Source: Octopus bimaculoides
Taxonomy: Eukaryota
Reading direction: 5' to 3'
Assembly (NCBI RefSeq): GCF_001194135.2
Contig: NC_068992.1
Span: forward strand, 5,892,547-5,956,546
DNA length: 64,000 bases
Each line of letters opens with the position of its first letter. Positions within the stretch are counted from its first letter, which is position 1. The position numbers and the translations under genes are program-made. Under the pieces are notes generated by a model. That model saw only the letters and a list, made by a program, of their open reading frames with translations. It made no database searches and was not told the DNA's origin. Shown in pieces: positions 49,316 through 63,767 of this stretch.

Positions 49316-51927
49316 ATCTAATATCATGTCTATGAAGGTTTAATTGATATCTGAAATGAACCTGAGAACTTCATTGATATCAACAGCAAACTACGCGAGA
49401 TCATTATTAAAATGTTTTCTTAAGGATGTATGCGTCTATTATTTTGCGCCAAAATAGCGATGATTAATCAAATATTTATGTTAAGTTATTTCACAGAGAA
49501 CAGCCATATAAATGAACTAGTGAAAGCAAAACACAACAATAATGCAAGCAGACACAACTTCTGTTGAACATTACACACAAATTTGATAGTCTATATTTAA
49601 AAAAATACGGAATCATTTCAAATAAAGGAAACAAAATTCACTACTTAAATAGAAATCTTTAAAAGACTAACAAAATTTTGTAAGACTGTTTTCCTGCAAA
49701 GAGCCAACGAGATTGATGTAAGAGCAGTGACGATGGACATGGTACCTTAAGGCGGTGTACTCTTAAACTTTTAACAAGAAACACAAAAACACATATCTAA
49801 ATAAAAACGCCTAAAATACAAATGACCTTGTAAGATATCGGTGAAGATTCATTGATGAATTACGTGTATACAAGCATACAACTGGGTAATCCTATCGTTC
49901 AAACGCAGGATTATTATTAAAGATATGTGAAGAATGAAACAAAAAGATTAAAAGTGCAAGGGAAATATAACCCAATTAGGATTTTAAAATTCTAAGGATA
50001 TATACAGTAAAATTCAAGAAACAAGAATCAAAATATTCAAGCTTTGTGTTTAGCTGTCCATTCAACAGTTAAATGTAAAACAAAATACGACACTCATTGT
50101 GTAGTGAAGCACTAAATCAACTTAGCATAAGTCATAGATATAAACAAACAATTAATCATCTTCTCACTATGGATAATGGAAATGTATTTTCAAAATATAA
50201 GACTGAGTTGGAAAACCTGCGAAATTTGTTCGTAAGTCCAAACAAGAATTTAAAGCAATTATAGGTTTTGATAAATTAGTCCAAAATTTACATAAGAGCA
50301 TATTAGCAAGAATTGCAATGTTTGAACTAGATACAGACGCAGTAGGCAGAAAAAAGGCCAAAACTAATTATTCATGGACCGACTAGAATAGTTGACCGCC
50401 AGAATGTAACGACATTTTCTTAACTAAAACGCCGCCATATTAAAACTTACTTATGTCATACGTGTATCTTTCAAAGAAGATTAGAGAGATCCTAACCGAC
50501 ACAAGGCTTTACTTTTTTACCAATCCCGTGCTAAACTTCAATGAATTGTTTGACTAGAACTTATTAATCGTTGTACTGTCTTCACGGCGTAAGGTTAAAT
50601 TTTATTATTCTAAAACAAGTCTACATATACTTTAATCATACAAATATATTATAAACGGGAAAGATGATTTCACGCTTGATATTTTTTGTTTACTCCATTT
50701 GGACGTTAGCAATTATTTATAAACCTTTCACTATATCTACTTATAAAATGAGTGCCAAAATTATCTAGGAAATTTAACTTACAATAAATTACCATTATAT
50801 TGATTCTTCAATTTGCCATTTATCAAATTAGTGTTTGGTATTTTCGCCAGTGGGTTTGTATGGTTACACGAATGATCACCATAGCTCTTCTGTTATTTAG
50901 TTCACTTTCCACATTGTCAAACCAGCTGACAAATATGCTTAGCGACTTAGATCAAACAATATGTGGATTCCCAAAATCATAAATCATCAATGTGTTAAAC
51001 ATAGAAATTATAATACCAACTTCTCTTCTCCATGGAAATATTGCTAACGCTAGAAGAATATTGTTTCATTAATAATGTAAAATATTTAAATCCGATACAG
51101 AATGATAACATTGGAAATGTCAACGAGCTTTGCTACGCTTGTTATAACATCTCGGAGAAAAATAATAATTTCTCAGTTCTGATCTCCAATTCATGGGATA
51201 TATCGTACAAGCTTACTCATGTCCACGTTTGTTGATGTCTTGATATCAGTATTTCGAAAATAGTTTATTCACAGTGCAGAATCACTCGTTGCTGGCAATT
51301 TGCATTTACAGGTTATGTGTAAAATACGATAATTTCAATTTCTAAAAGATGTCCGTTGATTGCTAAATAGATTAATACTGAGTAATTCACTAACCGTAGG
51401 AAGATCTGAAATTCGACGATGTGTAATTTAGACCACAAGTCAGTTTGAACTAATTAGATCAATTATCAGAAGAAATAGAGACACAACAATCAATCTATTG
51501 ATAGAGATAGCGGTTTGTTGGCTTCTACATAATATTTTTTTTTAAATGATTTTCAAATATACTAGAATAAGTTCATACAGAGTGATGTAGATCAGATCGC
51601 ACTCGCATCCATGCACATACGTTTTTCCACACACACACACATACATACATACATACATACATGCATACACACACATACTCACACACACACACACGCNNNN
51701 NNNNNNCATACACACACATACTCACACACACACACACGCACACACACACACACGCACACACACACACACATACACACACATATATACATATATATATATG
51801 TCCTTGGCACGGTTTTTACAACAACTCTGATTAGCACCGGTATCAAGCATGGCTTCAAAATGAACAAGAAATAAATAATTCTACCGCAAATATTGTGAAG
51901 AGTATATCTGTGCACGTGTACACCTTA

Positions 51928-51965
<38 letters not shown>

Positions 51966-52889
51966 TCACACATACATACACGCATACACACATATGACAA
52001 CACACACTCACATAAACCAAACTAAATGATTGCTTGTCCATTTCTACTCCTTTACATCAAGAGTCAATTATATCAATCAGTAGCCTTTGATTCGTATTGA
52101 CCTCTAATCTATTATGAATTATGTATTATGCACGACCTTTCTGACAGATGTAGTGCTCTTTAAATTGTTATTATTCATTCAGTCATATAAAGATGGAGAA
52201 ACCAGAGAGTTGTATACAACATTAAAAGCCATTATGGCACATGGAAAGCTAATTCTCTTTCATAATTCTTCTTATAATGCTCAGTCTACTGCTCTTAATA
52301 AATTAAAGAAACATCACATCATATATTCATTTGCTGAGATACTTGAAGTTTTGTATTAGAAGCACATACAGTCAATATAAATTATCTGACTAAAAACATA
52401 AAGATATGATATAAAATCAATATAAAATCTCCTTTAGCCTTGTATTTTCACTAATTTTATAGAACATATTAGTTAGGCTACTCATGTATGCTTCATTTTA
52501 TTTTCATAATATTTATTATATATTAATCTAAATTCGCAAAATGACAAACCACTTTAAATATATTTTAAACTGGTTAGAAATTTAGATATCAAAGATAGAT
52601 TTCTGATTCAGTATTACGTAAGACTCTAAAGGGATTTCAGTGGTTGAAACATTGAAAATTAAAGTATATTCAGTATAAAGTACACAGGAGAGTATTTCGA
52701 GATTATATTTTTACTGTTGTTGGTTAGTGATATAAAAAGAAAAGGCTATTAAGTATTAGGTAACTAGACATTAATGGAACATTAGCAATAACTGTACGGA
52801 TTATAGTAAATCATATACATTCTTCTGGAAGATAATATTTATTTTTATTCTATTCGATATTAATCGTAAAGAATTCATCTCTCGAGACA

Positions 52890-52969
<80 letters not shown>

Positions 52970-53172
52970 NNNNNNNNNNNNNNNNNNNNNNNNNNNNNNN
53001 NNNNNNNNNNNNNNNNNNNNNNNNNNNNNNNNNNNNNNNNNNNNNNNNNNNNNNNNNNNNNNNNNNNNNNNNNNNNNNNNNNNNNNNNNNNNNNNNNNNT
53101 AGCTAGCTAGCTAGCTAGACAGACAGACAGACACACAGACACAGAGACACACAGACAGACAGACAGACAGAC

Positions 53173-53213
<41 letters not shown>

Positions 53214-53216
<3 letters not shown>

Positions 53217-53321
53217 GTGATTTGCCTGAGACTGCGTGATTTCGGCATAGCTGCAAAACTTGGAAAGTGGTTACATGACATTCTGAAAGATAGAAGTCAA
53301 GCAGTAGTGGCCAATGGAGCT
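53214..53321 (+). mobile_element. CR1/L2-group LINE RT internal fragment
   Basis: In-frame LRDFGIAAKLGKWLHDILKDRSQAVVANG (53232-53318) matches the KL..YGI.G.LL.W..DFL..R.Q.VVVNG segment between RT domains. Confidence 0.7.
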
Positions 53322-53407
53322 AACCCTATTTTTTTGTTTCATGGATTTTGGGGTTTTAGGGATTATATTACAAAGGACTAAAAAGTGCAAATATACAAGT
53401 ATATATA

Positions 53408-53537
53408 CACAACTGGTACTTAATTCATCGATCCCGAAAGAATGAAAAGCAAAAATCGACATCAGTGGAATTTGCACTCAGAACATAAAGATAGACAAAA
53501 TAACGCTAAGCATTTCGCCCGACGTTCTGACGTTTCT
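53408..53537 (-). mobile_element. older 5'-clipped SINE copy (10797 family)
   Basis: AACTGGTACTTAATTCATCGATCCCGAAAG...CGCTAAGCATTTCGCCCG is collinear with 53629-53740 but more diverged. Confidence 0.8.
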
Positions 53538-53539
53538 CA

Positions 53540-53768
53540 TATCTTTATTGCCCACAGGGGGCTAAACATAGAAGGAACAAACAAGGACCGACAAAGGGAT
53601 TAAGTCGATTACATCGACCCCAGTGCGTAATTGGTACTTAATTCATCGATCCTGAAAGGATAAAAGTCAAAGTCGACCTCGGCGGAATTTGAACTCAGAA
53701 TCTAAAGGCAGACGAAATACCGCTAAGCATTTCGCTCGGTGTGCTAACGTTTCTGCCAGCTCGCCGCC
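53540..53768 (-). mobile_element. full-length tRNA-derived SINE (10797 family)
   Basis: The reverse complement begins GGCGGCGAGCTGGCAGAAACG, has B-box-like GAGTTCAAATTCCG and ends GGGCAATAAAGATATG. It is near-collinear with 10797-11031. Confidence 0.92.
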
Positions 53769-56700
53769 CTTACATGAAATGCTTAGCGTAATACCTGATC
53801 AGGATAGCAAAAAACGACGTTTACACATATATACAACAATTTCAGTTGACAGTGGACATGTAATTAAAACATCTTCCTTGCGAAGCAAATGTCTTTGGGT
53901 CGGTTGATTGCTGATGTGAATAAATTACGTTAAGACATATATTAACGAGTAACTGCTAAACTTTGAGACACCTCTTAATCAGGTACTTTTTCGTTGTTTA
54001 CAAGAATATGACGTCATGTCTACTTATAAGCTAAAAATGACACTTACTGATGATCTCAGAGGAAATTTCCATTTACAAAGCAGTGTCTCTGTCGTGTCTT
54101 TGATCACTGTTTCGTCTTTTTTATTAGTACAATTTGTAATAACTCTCATCGTTAGAAAAATGTTATTAAATCCCCATGATAAAATCAATTAAAACATGGT
54201 TGTGCTTTTCCCTCCACTTCCGATTAATAACATTCGATTCCTGGAGTTTTTAAACTTAAAATCATTTAGCTATAATGTAATTGCCAAGTCTTTGTATTTA
54301 TTTTATCTTGGAATTATAAAAGCTTATCTCAACCCTTGGAGTGATTAATTTTTTTCAAAACCCTGCACTGCAAGCTAAATGTTCATTATCGAATTTGTGT
54401 ATTCATGCTGCCGCACGCATATTTAAATAATAAAAAATTAAATCAGCTTAACTAGCATTTTTAATCATAGTTTTACGCCAATAATAGCACTCTTTCTGTT
54501 TTTTAACCTTCTCTACACAGACGCCTTCTACACATCCACTAAACACACACTACTTTTATTATCAATAATGTCATCGGAAGCAGGCTTCAATGTGGATATG
54601 AAAACCAAGCCTTTTTGAACAGTACAAAGTATAATTCAGACATAAACTGTCTTTTACATCGTATTGTTTAGTGAAGAATAAACATTTCCAAGTTTCAATG
54701 TCAATGCAGAAGTTAAATTTCGCTGTCTCTGACTATCACTCATTGCTCCTCTTTGTAATTTTTAGCGTCGAAAGATATCCCATGATGTAGAATTCCATTT
54801 GGAATGTCAGAGGTTAAAGGACTGCTGAAATTATCCATGAACACACAGGAAATTTAGGAATTTGACTCACCCCAATTATTGAATCACCATCACGCTTCAG
54901 TTAATAGACATCCATATGCATTTTTCATCTTAATTTCCGTTTCACCAATAGAATGACATCTACGTACTGTACCTAATATCCCGAAAACTAAACTGAAATC
55001 TTACCCAGTACCGAAATTGAAAGACAGCGCACCAAAAACTTACCCAAGTTTCAACAGAAATGCTGCTCTCTGAAATATTCTTCGCCTCCTTAGTTTTGTC
55101 TTGAAATACGAAAGCTGTCATCAATTACTCTCTTAAATATACTGAACATGAAATCGTTCCAAAGCGAAATTCTTTATAAAAGCACTTGAAGTGTAAAAGT
55201 TTAATATCCGCAGAATATATACTGCTTCTTCAGTCCATGTGTTTACTGTAAACGAAGTTATACAAGAAGACCTAGTACTCCTTTTATTGTTTAACGATAG
55301 AGTCCTAATTAAAGAAATCCATTGGCAAGATTTCCAGCAATTATGACGGTTATTTTATCACTGAAATTACTTAAGGCTATAGACAAAGAAATTAGTTAAA
55401 GCAGGGACAAAGATAGTAAGCAAAGCAGAAAAAAATAGCGGTCATCTTTCCATCTACATATTTCTAATACATATGCGCTTTCATTTTCACAGAATATTAA
55501 CAATCACAATTGTGACGACAATTCGGACGTACAAGGAAGAAATAAATTAAACATTGTGTAGATTCGCTAATTCAGTAGATTTAATTTTTTACTGTGCCAA
55601 CTGTTTCTACGTTTGTTTTCTGTTAACACTAAAATGAGAACACTAACATTTCAGAAGAAAAAGAAACATAAGAGGAAGGAGAATGGATCTTTTCAACTGT
55701 CGTATTCGTATGACAAAATAATTGATAATAGATGTGATGAATGGAGATAAATCCTTATTTCTTAAAGCTACTTTGTGTAAGACCATTCCGCTTTCTAAGA
55801 AATTTAAAGGAACCATGGTCTAATAGATGAATATATACATGATTCAAAAACATTTTATTTGAAGGCGCAGCAGCTATTGAGAAATGATTTTTGAAATTCA
55901 CGGTTGATGATTCTTTTTAACTGCATGTGTTTGATGTATTACAGAAAATGAATGAATATAGCTTTCTTTGATGTCATTGAAAGAATCATTTGATGTACAG
56001 AGGATCACAAGAGGAATTGTTTGTTGTCCTATTTTGTGAGTGGATGACAAAATAAAAGTTCCAGTTAACAAATCCTTAGATGGAACAATGCATCTTGAAA
56101 TTCGTTTGAATTACAGAACCCAGGATACAACAATCATCCCTTGAATAAAGTTAAGTTGAATCTACAAGGACTGATGTACTGTAAATAATTTAATGACTAA
56201 AATGTCAGTGTGAAATTTCTGAGTACAGTTGCACACAAAATGGTCGAACACTTTAAAAATTGGTTCCTCAATAATAACGTATCCTCCAAGGAAAAGGCAA
56301 AATAGTTTTAGAGGATACTTACATTAGGAGGATTTTACTATGAACAGACATCAATGACGATGAAAACAGTCATTTTTAACATAATGTTCTTGAAAACTTG
56401 AAACCTAATTAGCCTAATGACAGCACCGGAATATTATCCCATCGTCTGTCGAATTCCTTATTCCATCTAAGATACTAATTGTCATGACAGTAAAACATAT
56501 CGAGAATTTTGGGGAAAAATTGTAAACTGTGCATGGTGCACACTCCTCGAAAATAGCAGTGTTCGGGTGAATATCTTGTATTCCATTCTATGTTGGATAT
56601 GTATACCTTATGCTAAACATCGATGAACTTGACGATTAGTTAAGAAGATTTAAAGTAGAAATTTACTTAGAGATAATATAAAACAGAATTATTAATATTT

Positions 56701-59674
56701 CTAAGTCTCTCTAAAGGCTTGGCGATAACTATTAATATAAAACAATTGTCAAGCAATCCTTCTTTGATTCTGCTCTCACATATAAAATGTTTGTTTAATC
56801 GATATTTATCAAACTACAATTATACAATCTGAAAACATAACATTTTTCTAGAAATTTTCATTGATACATTTAAAAATAAGGTCATCGCTGTTTTAAGCTC
56901 TCAGTCCATGATACTACAACGATGTGATTCTCATTATTTTGGTCAAAATCATCTTGAGGTAGCAATAAATGTCCTCTCTCGTGATGTTGATTTTGTTATA
57001 TGTGATCCAAGTTCAGAAATACACTTCATATTTGCAGTGTCGAACACGCCAGGCCTCTAACGTACCGTAGAAGCAGAGAGATGGATGATTTTTAGTCAAG
57101 TCATATATATTTATCATATTATACATAATAGACATAGAATCTGAATTGACCTAGCAAATATGGGAAATTTTAGAATTTTACAGACTTCTCGAGTTGTTTA
57201 TTACGTTAGATTTCAAATCGTGAACTCTTACCAATTTTCACTATTTGGTGAGACTGAAAACGTCAGTATAATGAGATCTCACAGAATGGTCATATATAAA
57301 TATTCCGATTTTGAGCCGGCAACAGTATAAGACGTCTTCATTAAGTATTTGTTCATTTCAAAGCAAGCATTTCTAAGACGAAATGTAGCTGTGATGGTCA
57401 CTACATGTTCCCTATAAACAATGAGAAGAGTGAGCAATGAATAAAGTCAATCGGTTGTATACCGTTTCAATGACATTGTCAGCTCTACGTTTCTGAGGAG
57501 GAGCTGATAATGGAATAAGCTCTGATAGTCTTCAAAATGCGTTTTCTAAATCTTGAAATTCACTGCGACAAAATTTTGCAGGAAAAGAAGAAATAAGCTT
57601 GTGAGGAAACTGAAGATTCAATAAAGAAACAAATACGACAAAGTACAAAAGAAAGTCAAGTGCATACGTGGGGATCGTGCAACCTTGCAGGAAAAGATAC
57701 ATTGAACTTCAGAATGCAAAGGGGTTATAAGAAGATAAGCTAAACTCGTGTTCAAAATTAGCAACAATTAATGCTGCGATAAAAAAAAAAAAGATGCTAG
57801 AACAAAGTTCGATGCGAAGCTCTCAAAGGATATTTCCAGTGTACCTTCAGAAGTTTCATGTACCTTCCATGTGACGTTAATCGAGGAGGTTTAAGGTAGA
57901 TTGGAGAAAGAAATGACAAATTTCAAGTTGAATAAAGCTAGTGAAACGGGGACGACTTGGGAAATCTACCTGAGATATATGTCTGTGAAATATAGGATTA
58001 AATATAAATAATGTGGAATGTCACTTTCTTCGTTTTAAATGAAACCCCTTAAAATATTTTTCCCGAAAAAGTTTATAACTCCAAACAAAACGTCAGTAGT
58101 TACAATACATCTAGAAATGCCCCATGTTAACGAAAACGTATTTGGTCCTAAACTGAACGGTTGAGACACAAGAGTTCATTGTGAATAATATTTATATAAC
58201 ATGAATTGATAGGCCTCAGAAAAACAGAAGTATGACTGCCTAATATAGTGTTCTGTTGCATTTTATTGAATGCGCAACTGATGTTGTTCTTCAGCAACCA
58301 TCTGGAGTTTTACATTAAATCATAAATAAGTGGTACGTGACACATTTACCAAGGTGCATATATATATATATATATACAAATATATATGTATATGAATACA
58401 TATACCTATTTCGCCCTCGCACTCTCCTTTACATACACGCACACACACACACACACACACACTCGAACACATATGCATGTATGCATGTACGTATAATACA
58501 CCATTTTCATGTCTTTTAAGCATTTATGAAAATATTTATTCGATCTCGAGATCATGCTTTACACTGTATCTGGCACCATCTCATAGATGGTTACTTAATT
58601 AAAATTGATATCCTTTCGATAAAATTAAGCAGGATACTGCATATTGAATTTTACATTAATCTATGCTGACCCATATTCAAGAGAAAAATTTTCACGATAT
58701 GCATTAATTAATGGGCTTCAATTAATATTGAAAATAATCAAAAAATGTCAGTAACTTATGTAAAATAATTGTTATTTTGGTATTAATTATATTAAAGAGA
58801 TAAATGAAAAGATTCTAACATAAAAGCAAAAATGCACATTTTTTAATTCAAACCGGAGATACTAATGGAAATGGATTTCATAGAACAAGAGGCAGTCGTC
58901 GGATGGTTAGAATAGAAAGCATGAATTCCATACCGTGATGCAAATATATTATTTCGAGAATAAACGATGAAGAGTTAGGGATAATTTATAAACGCTACGT
59001 AATTAGTGTTACATGACACAACAGCCTTAATGTTGCACTCATAGGTAAAAGAAAACACCAGAGCACAACAAAATTGCAAGAATAACTAATATCTAATTAT
59101 ATTACATGCAAGGTTACCTAGTCACATGGCCATTTTCAACTAAGATCAAAATATTCTTAGAATCTCATCCAAATGTTTTAAAAAGGAAACCTCTCCACTC
59201 AGAAGGACGCATGCCAAGAAACATTATATTTTAAATAAAGAGGATATCTGGATTGAAATATTCGCTTTGTTTGCTGAGGGATATTGTGCAAATTGTTCAA
59301 CAATATGAATCGACTCAGAGAACAACATGAACCGAAATCGGTAAATTTTTTGTCAGTTTGAGTACATCATTGAATAATACTTCTACCTATTCCAATATTT
59401 AGTATTTTTTTCTTTATTGATCTCGGATTATTGAAATGTTAAATCCATCACAAATAGAACTTATTTTATGAATATATTCAAGTAAATACAATAAAACAAG
59501 TTCTTCGGTACTCCATAAATTCTTCTAAGGTGGAGCTTTCGAATATCTTCTAGAACATGTTTACACTATATTCCATATATGTATATATATATGTATATTC
59601 TCAATAAAATGTAAAGCATTGTCATTGCTATCAGGAATAAGACAATTATGAATGATCATTAATGTAAATATTCT

Positions 59675-59724
59675 TTCTACCCTAGGCACAAGGCCCGAAA
59701 TGTTTTGAACTCAGAATGTAAAGA
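59675..59724 (-). mobile_element. internally collapsed SINE remnant
   Basis: CTAGGCACAAGGCCCGAAA joined directly to TTTGAACTCAGAATGTAAAG; the latter matches TTTGAACTCAGAATCTAAAG at 53688-53707. Confidence 0.4.
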
Positions 59725-60464
59725 ACTATTTGATAACCCCAACCTCGTAAGCATTCTATTTATGACAGCAAATAATGAAATATTTTCCAATATTAAATAT
59801 GTTGAAACTGAGTTCTCGGCTGCTGGAATATTGATGACACAACATACTTATAAGTAAATAAATGAAATAATGCGTGGGAAATCTTCTATTTATCTGAGAG
59901 AAACCATGAAAATGCAAGCCATATCTATACTTTAGATAAATGAAAATTGTATTCTTATCTAGCCTCATACAAATTTATCCCAAGTTAAAATATTTCGTAA
60001 AAACATAATCAAATATTGGTGAGAATCAATAATATCAGCTATCAAACTTTAATCCTCTGTTATCTCAAGATTTATCAATGTTACATCTTATCAGTTACAG
60101 AACGATACAAATAAAGATGTAGTTGGCTATGACTGGGGTATATTCTTCTGAATTATATACTATCACGAGCAGGTAAAATGGAATCATCGCAAAGTTCAGC
60201 CAATTCGATAACTTTATGGCATTATATATTGCAAAGTAAAGATTATTAGATGGACAAAGATAAGATATTATAGTAAGTTTCTAAAGAATGTTATTGAATC
60301 AATTCATTTTTGAGGGTCTATCAAACAATAATATGATAATTCAAGTTAACGACCCAACCGAATAATTTAGCACTGAACTCATTTATACATCTTTCGTTTT
60401 CTAACATTTCACATTTCACTAAACTTTTGTAGGGTATCTTTTAGATTTTCTACTCATTAGATCG

Positions 60465-60650
60465 CGGCCATGCTAGGACAAGCTTGAGTTTTTGTTTTAG
60501 TCACACGAATCATCGTCGATACGTATTTCTTAAGACCTGCTACGTATTGGAGCAATCTCTTTTGCAGAACCGCTATTTTATGAAGAGGTAAACACACCAA
60601 AATTTCAATGTCAAGCAGTAGTGAGGCACAAACGCACACACGAAGACAAA
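60465..60650 (-). mobile_element. SINE-like dispersed repeat, degraded
   Basis: CGGCCATGCTAGG...TTTTAGTCACACGAATC...CTCTTTTGCAGAACCGCTA...GTAAACACACC...GTCAAGCAGTAGTG resembles a common octopus SINE subfamily (recalled consensus). It runs into a (CA)n tail. Confidence 0.55.
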
Positions 60651-60665
60651 ACGCACGCGCGCTCA

Positions 60666-60699
<34 letters not shown>

Positions 60700-61171
60700 T
60701 ACTCGCACACATACATATATATGTACACACATAAACACATGCCGAAAGCTTTTTACCGAATATCTAGTGGCATTGAATAGATATGTGATTGCTGGCAACC
60801 CAACAGTTTTGCGACTAAGATATACTATCAGGTTTACAAGTCAATATTTTGCCTCTTACCATTTATTAGCAGTGAGATACATTTTTACTTTTTAGTTCAT
60901 CTCAATATATTTCATATAGAATTCAAATCCAGCATTGCAAGCTGCGTAAACGATGCAATAGAAGATTAATAACATAGTGGATCGCTGTACAAGTATATGC
61001 CATGTGCATAGTGTATATGCATAACATCCATGTTTTTGTATTTTCGACTGTTTTGTATACATAATTGTGTATTTAGATGCGCAATTGTTTACGAAATCTC
61101 ATAACTTGCCGTGCGGGCTGTAAGTTCTGTTAGCGATGTATAGCAATAAAGTTATAAGGTATGACTAGATA

Positions 61172-61900
61172 GATGGCGTGAGCATAAACACTGACCTACT
61201 AGTACACCTCTGATGGGTGGATGACAGCGTATTCCTCTCGGAAAGCAAATCAGTTGCAGTCCATGATGACAGAACTGAGCATCCATAGTTCATATGTAGA
61301 TCCTAAATTAAAATAAACCTCATGCAAACAAAATGTGGCCTGAAGATGCAGCAGAAAACTGAATAGAAGAAAGAAAAAAGAAATCGAATATGTAAAGGAA
61401 TACATATACCTAGAACACACAGTGAATATGTACCGAAACATGCATGCTACAATCTCGGTGAGAGTATAAATAGGATGGAAGGTGCTTACTTCAACAAAGG
61501 TTGTGCTCAAAGCACAGCTTGACAAAGCTAAACGTTTTCATTGTAGCGCTTTATCTGCGCAGTAGCTAGGTACCGCAATGAAGGAAGAACATCGATTGGA
61601 CACGAAGCAAAGATACCTGGAAGTCTCTTGTGTGATCAATGAAGTAATTCGAGAACTTAGTGGGTTAAATACGTAATCGCTGTATACTGAATGCAGAAAT
61701 CCCTTGGAGGTGGGGATGTGCCACAGGTGGAGAAAAAGCTGTTGCCGACTGGTAACCAAGAGATCGGAAAAGGACTCTTGGTATGCCTCAATGAAGATGG
61801 ACAGGCGATTTAGCTAAAAGATTGTGGACAAGATGGAAAAGGATGGCGCAGATGAAAAAAAATTGTGACCGTCGATGTACAGCAGAATCCGATCGGCTGG
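61172..61900 (+). mobile_element. RTE-clade LINE, 5'-truncated, RT domain 5 to C-terminus
   Basis: DGVSIN...VDDSVFLSE (decayed FADD), NQLQSMMTELS, KEIEYVKEYIYLEHTVNM, IGWKVL, WRWG and AVADW*PRDRKRTLGMPQ*RWTGDL are collinear with RTE ORF2. Confidence 0.85.
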
Positions 61901-63732
61901 GCGATACAAATGATAACGTTTTCATAACCCACTATTGATATGAATTTTGCACTAATTAATTTCACAGTATTAGGTACATGAAGGCAATTTAAAGATAGCG
62001 CATTGTAAAAATAATAAATTAGATTTAGTTTCCGGTTTCACGAAATATTGTTAAGTTTCTAGATTCATAATTCATTAATATTAATCTATCAATAATAAGG
62101 TTTGGATTTAAGATTTATATAAGGCAACTCAGAGAATCATACTTATTAAGCAGTCGATTGAATATTTCAATAAGTTACAGGATTTCTTGATTATGTGGAA
62201 TAAATTAGCAGATATGTTGATAATGGATCATGGCTGTAAAAGTGTTGGAAGTAAAAGAGATTGCAATCGGCAGACAACTGGCCGCTCAATCTTAGCTGTT
62301 ACAATCTGTATCACCTACAGACTCACCGATTTCTATCTTAACATCATCGCATCTTATCACACAACATGCACACTAGATTTCGCACCTCCTTTGCTCTCGT
62401 TATTTGAAACTGAATTACTTCACACTGAATGTGTGGCCTTTGTATTATTAACATTTTTACCTCCTATGCGCATTACAGTAGAATTAAAGTATTCGAAACA
62501 GCGGTTACAATGTTTCCATCCTTTAGCATATCGTACAAGGGCTTTATAAATTTATTCTTTTACTTTGTAACTTATATTTTCTATAAATTTAATACACACC
62601 ACTACTGAATAGCCGTCACTTGTACAAAATTTGTTCCTCATTTTTCATGAGAATGTTAGAACAGATATTTGCCATAAAATAACACAGATACGCAGTCCTA
62701 TTGAATCAACACCACTCATTATTTTCCTTGCGTAAGAAGGTATCTCGCAATTTGTTCGTCGCGCTGAAACTTTAAAGATAATAAAAGTTAAAGTTATTAG
62801 TAATGAACTACTTTGTATATGTTAAATATGTTTCACCAGTATTATCTGCGGAGTATCACTACTTTCTACAGGAAACAACCAGCCAGTGATAAATGCATAA
62901 CTATATTTTCTTCGGTAAAATATCATGCATTTTATATTAAATGTTTATATCCACGGGTATTCGTGCGCGCCTGTGCGTGTGTATGTATGTCTATGTATAA
63001 CGCAATATCGCCGAAGAATGTGACGAGTGAATAAAAATTCACAGTGAGATTCTGTTTATTTTGTTCTGTTTGCCAGTAATGTAAGTACTTCGCTCTTTTT
63101 AAAATAGTTGCCGATAAAACACTTTACAGACGAAAATCGGGAGCAGAAATAATAAGCTGTCTTTCAGAGCGTGACGGTATTTCAAATAATAAAACGTGAT
63201 AATGTATCATTATCATCAAAGAATTAATAATAGAAAAATATATTCATGGTTAAACAATCTGAACGGATAAACAACGAATTTAGCTGATATCCTTCTAACA
63301 GGACTGGATACACATGTGTGATGACTAAGATGTTTGTTAAATCGAACGCAGTACTTATATAATAAGCCGTTTCGTGTACTCAGGAAGCATGAGTAGATAT
63401 CAAATAAGAAGAATATTCAAGCCTGGTAACTAAACAACGAGGGCATGCTTTGGGATGCTATAAAGATTGTTCAAGCTGAATGATACATCAATTAACAATT
63501 ACCTCACTTTTAAACTGTCTAATGCATGACATATTACGCTTATGCTATGGAGTTTTCTCATTTCTCATTTATTTTGTCAGTGAAATTTCATGCATGATTT
63601 CATTCCAAGCAGGAACATCTTTTGAGAATTGGCAAATGAAACATTGGATTGTTATGAATGTAGCTAAAATGCAACATGGATTTCTATGTAATATACAAAT
63701 GATGTATCTGTGCGTGTATATGTATATATATA

Positions 63733-63767
<35 letters not shown>

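Noticed and set aside
54047-54070. CTGATGA...GAAA hammerhead-like string
   Set aside because: The intervening TCTCAGAG cannot form stem II with a viable loop, and there is no stem I or III.
61338-61360. CTGAAGA-TGC-A-GCA-GAAA hammerhead-like string
   Set aside because: A one-nucleotide loop is impossible, and it lies inside RTE coding sequence.
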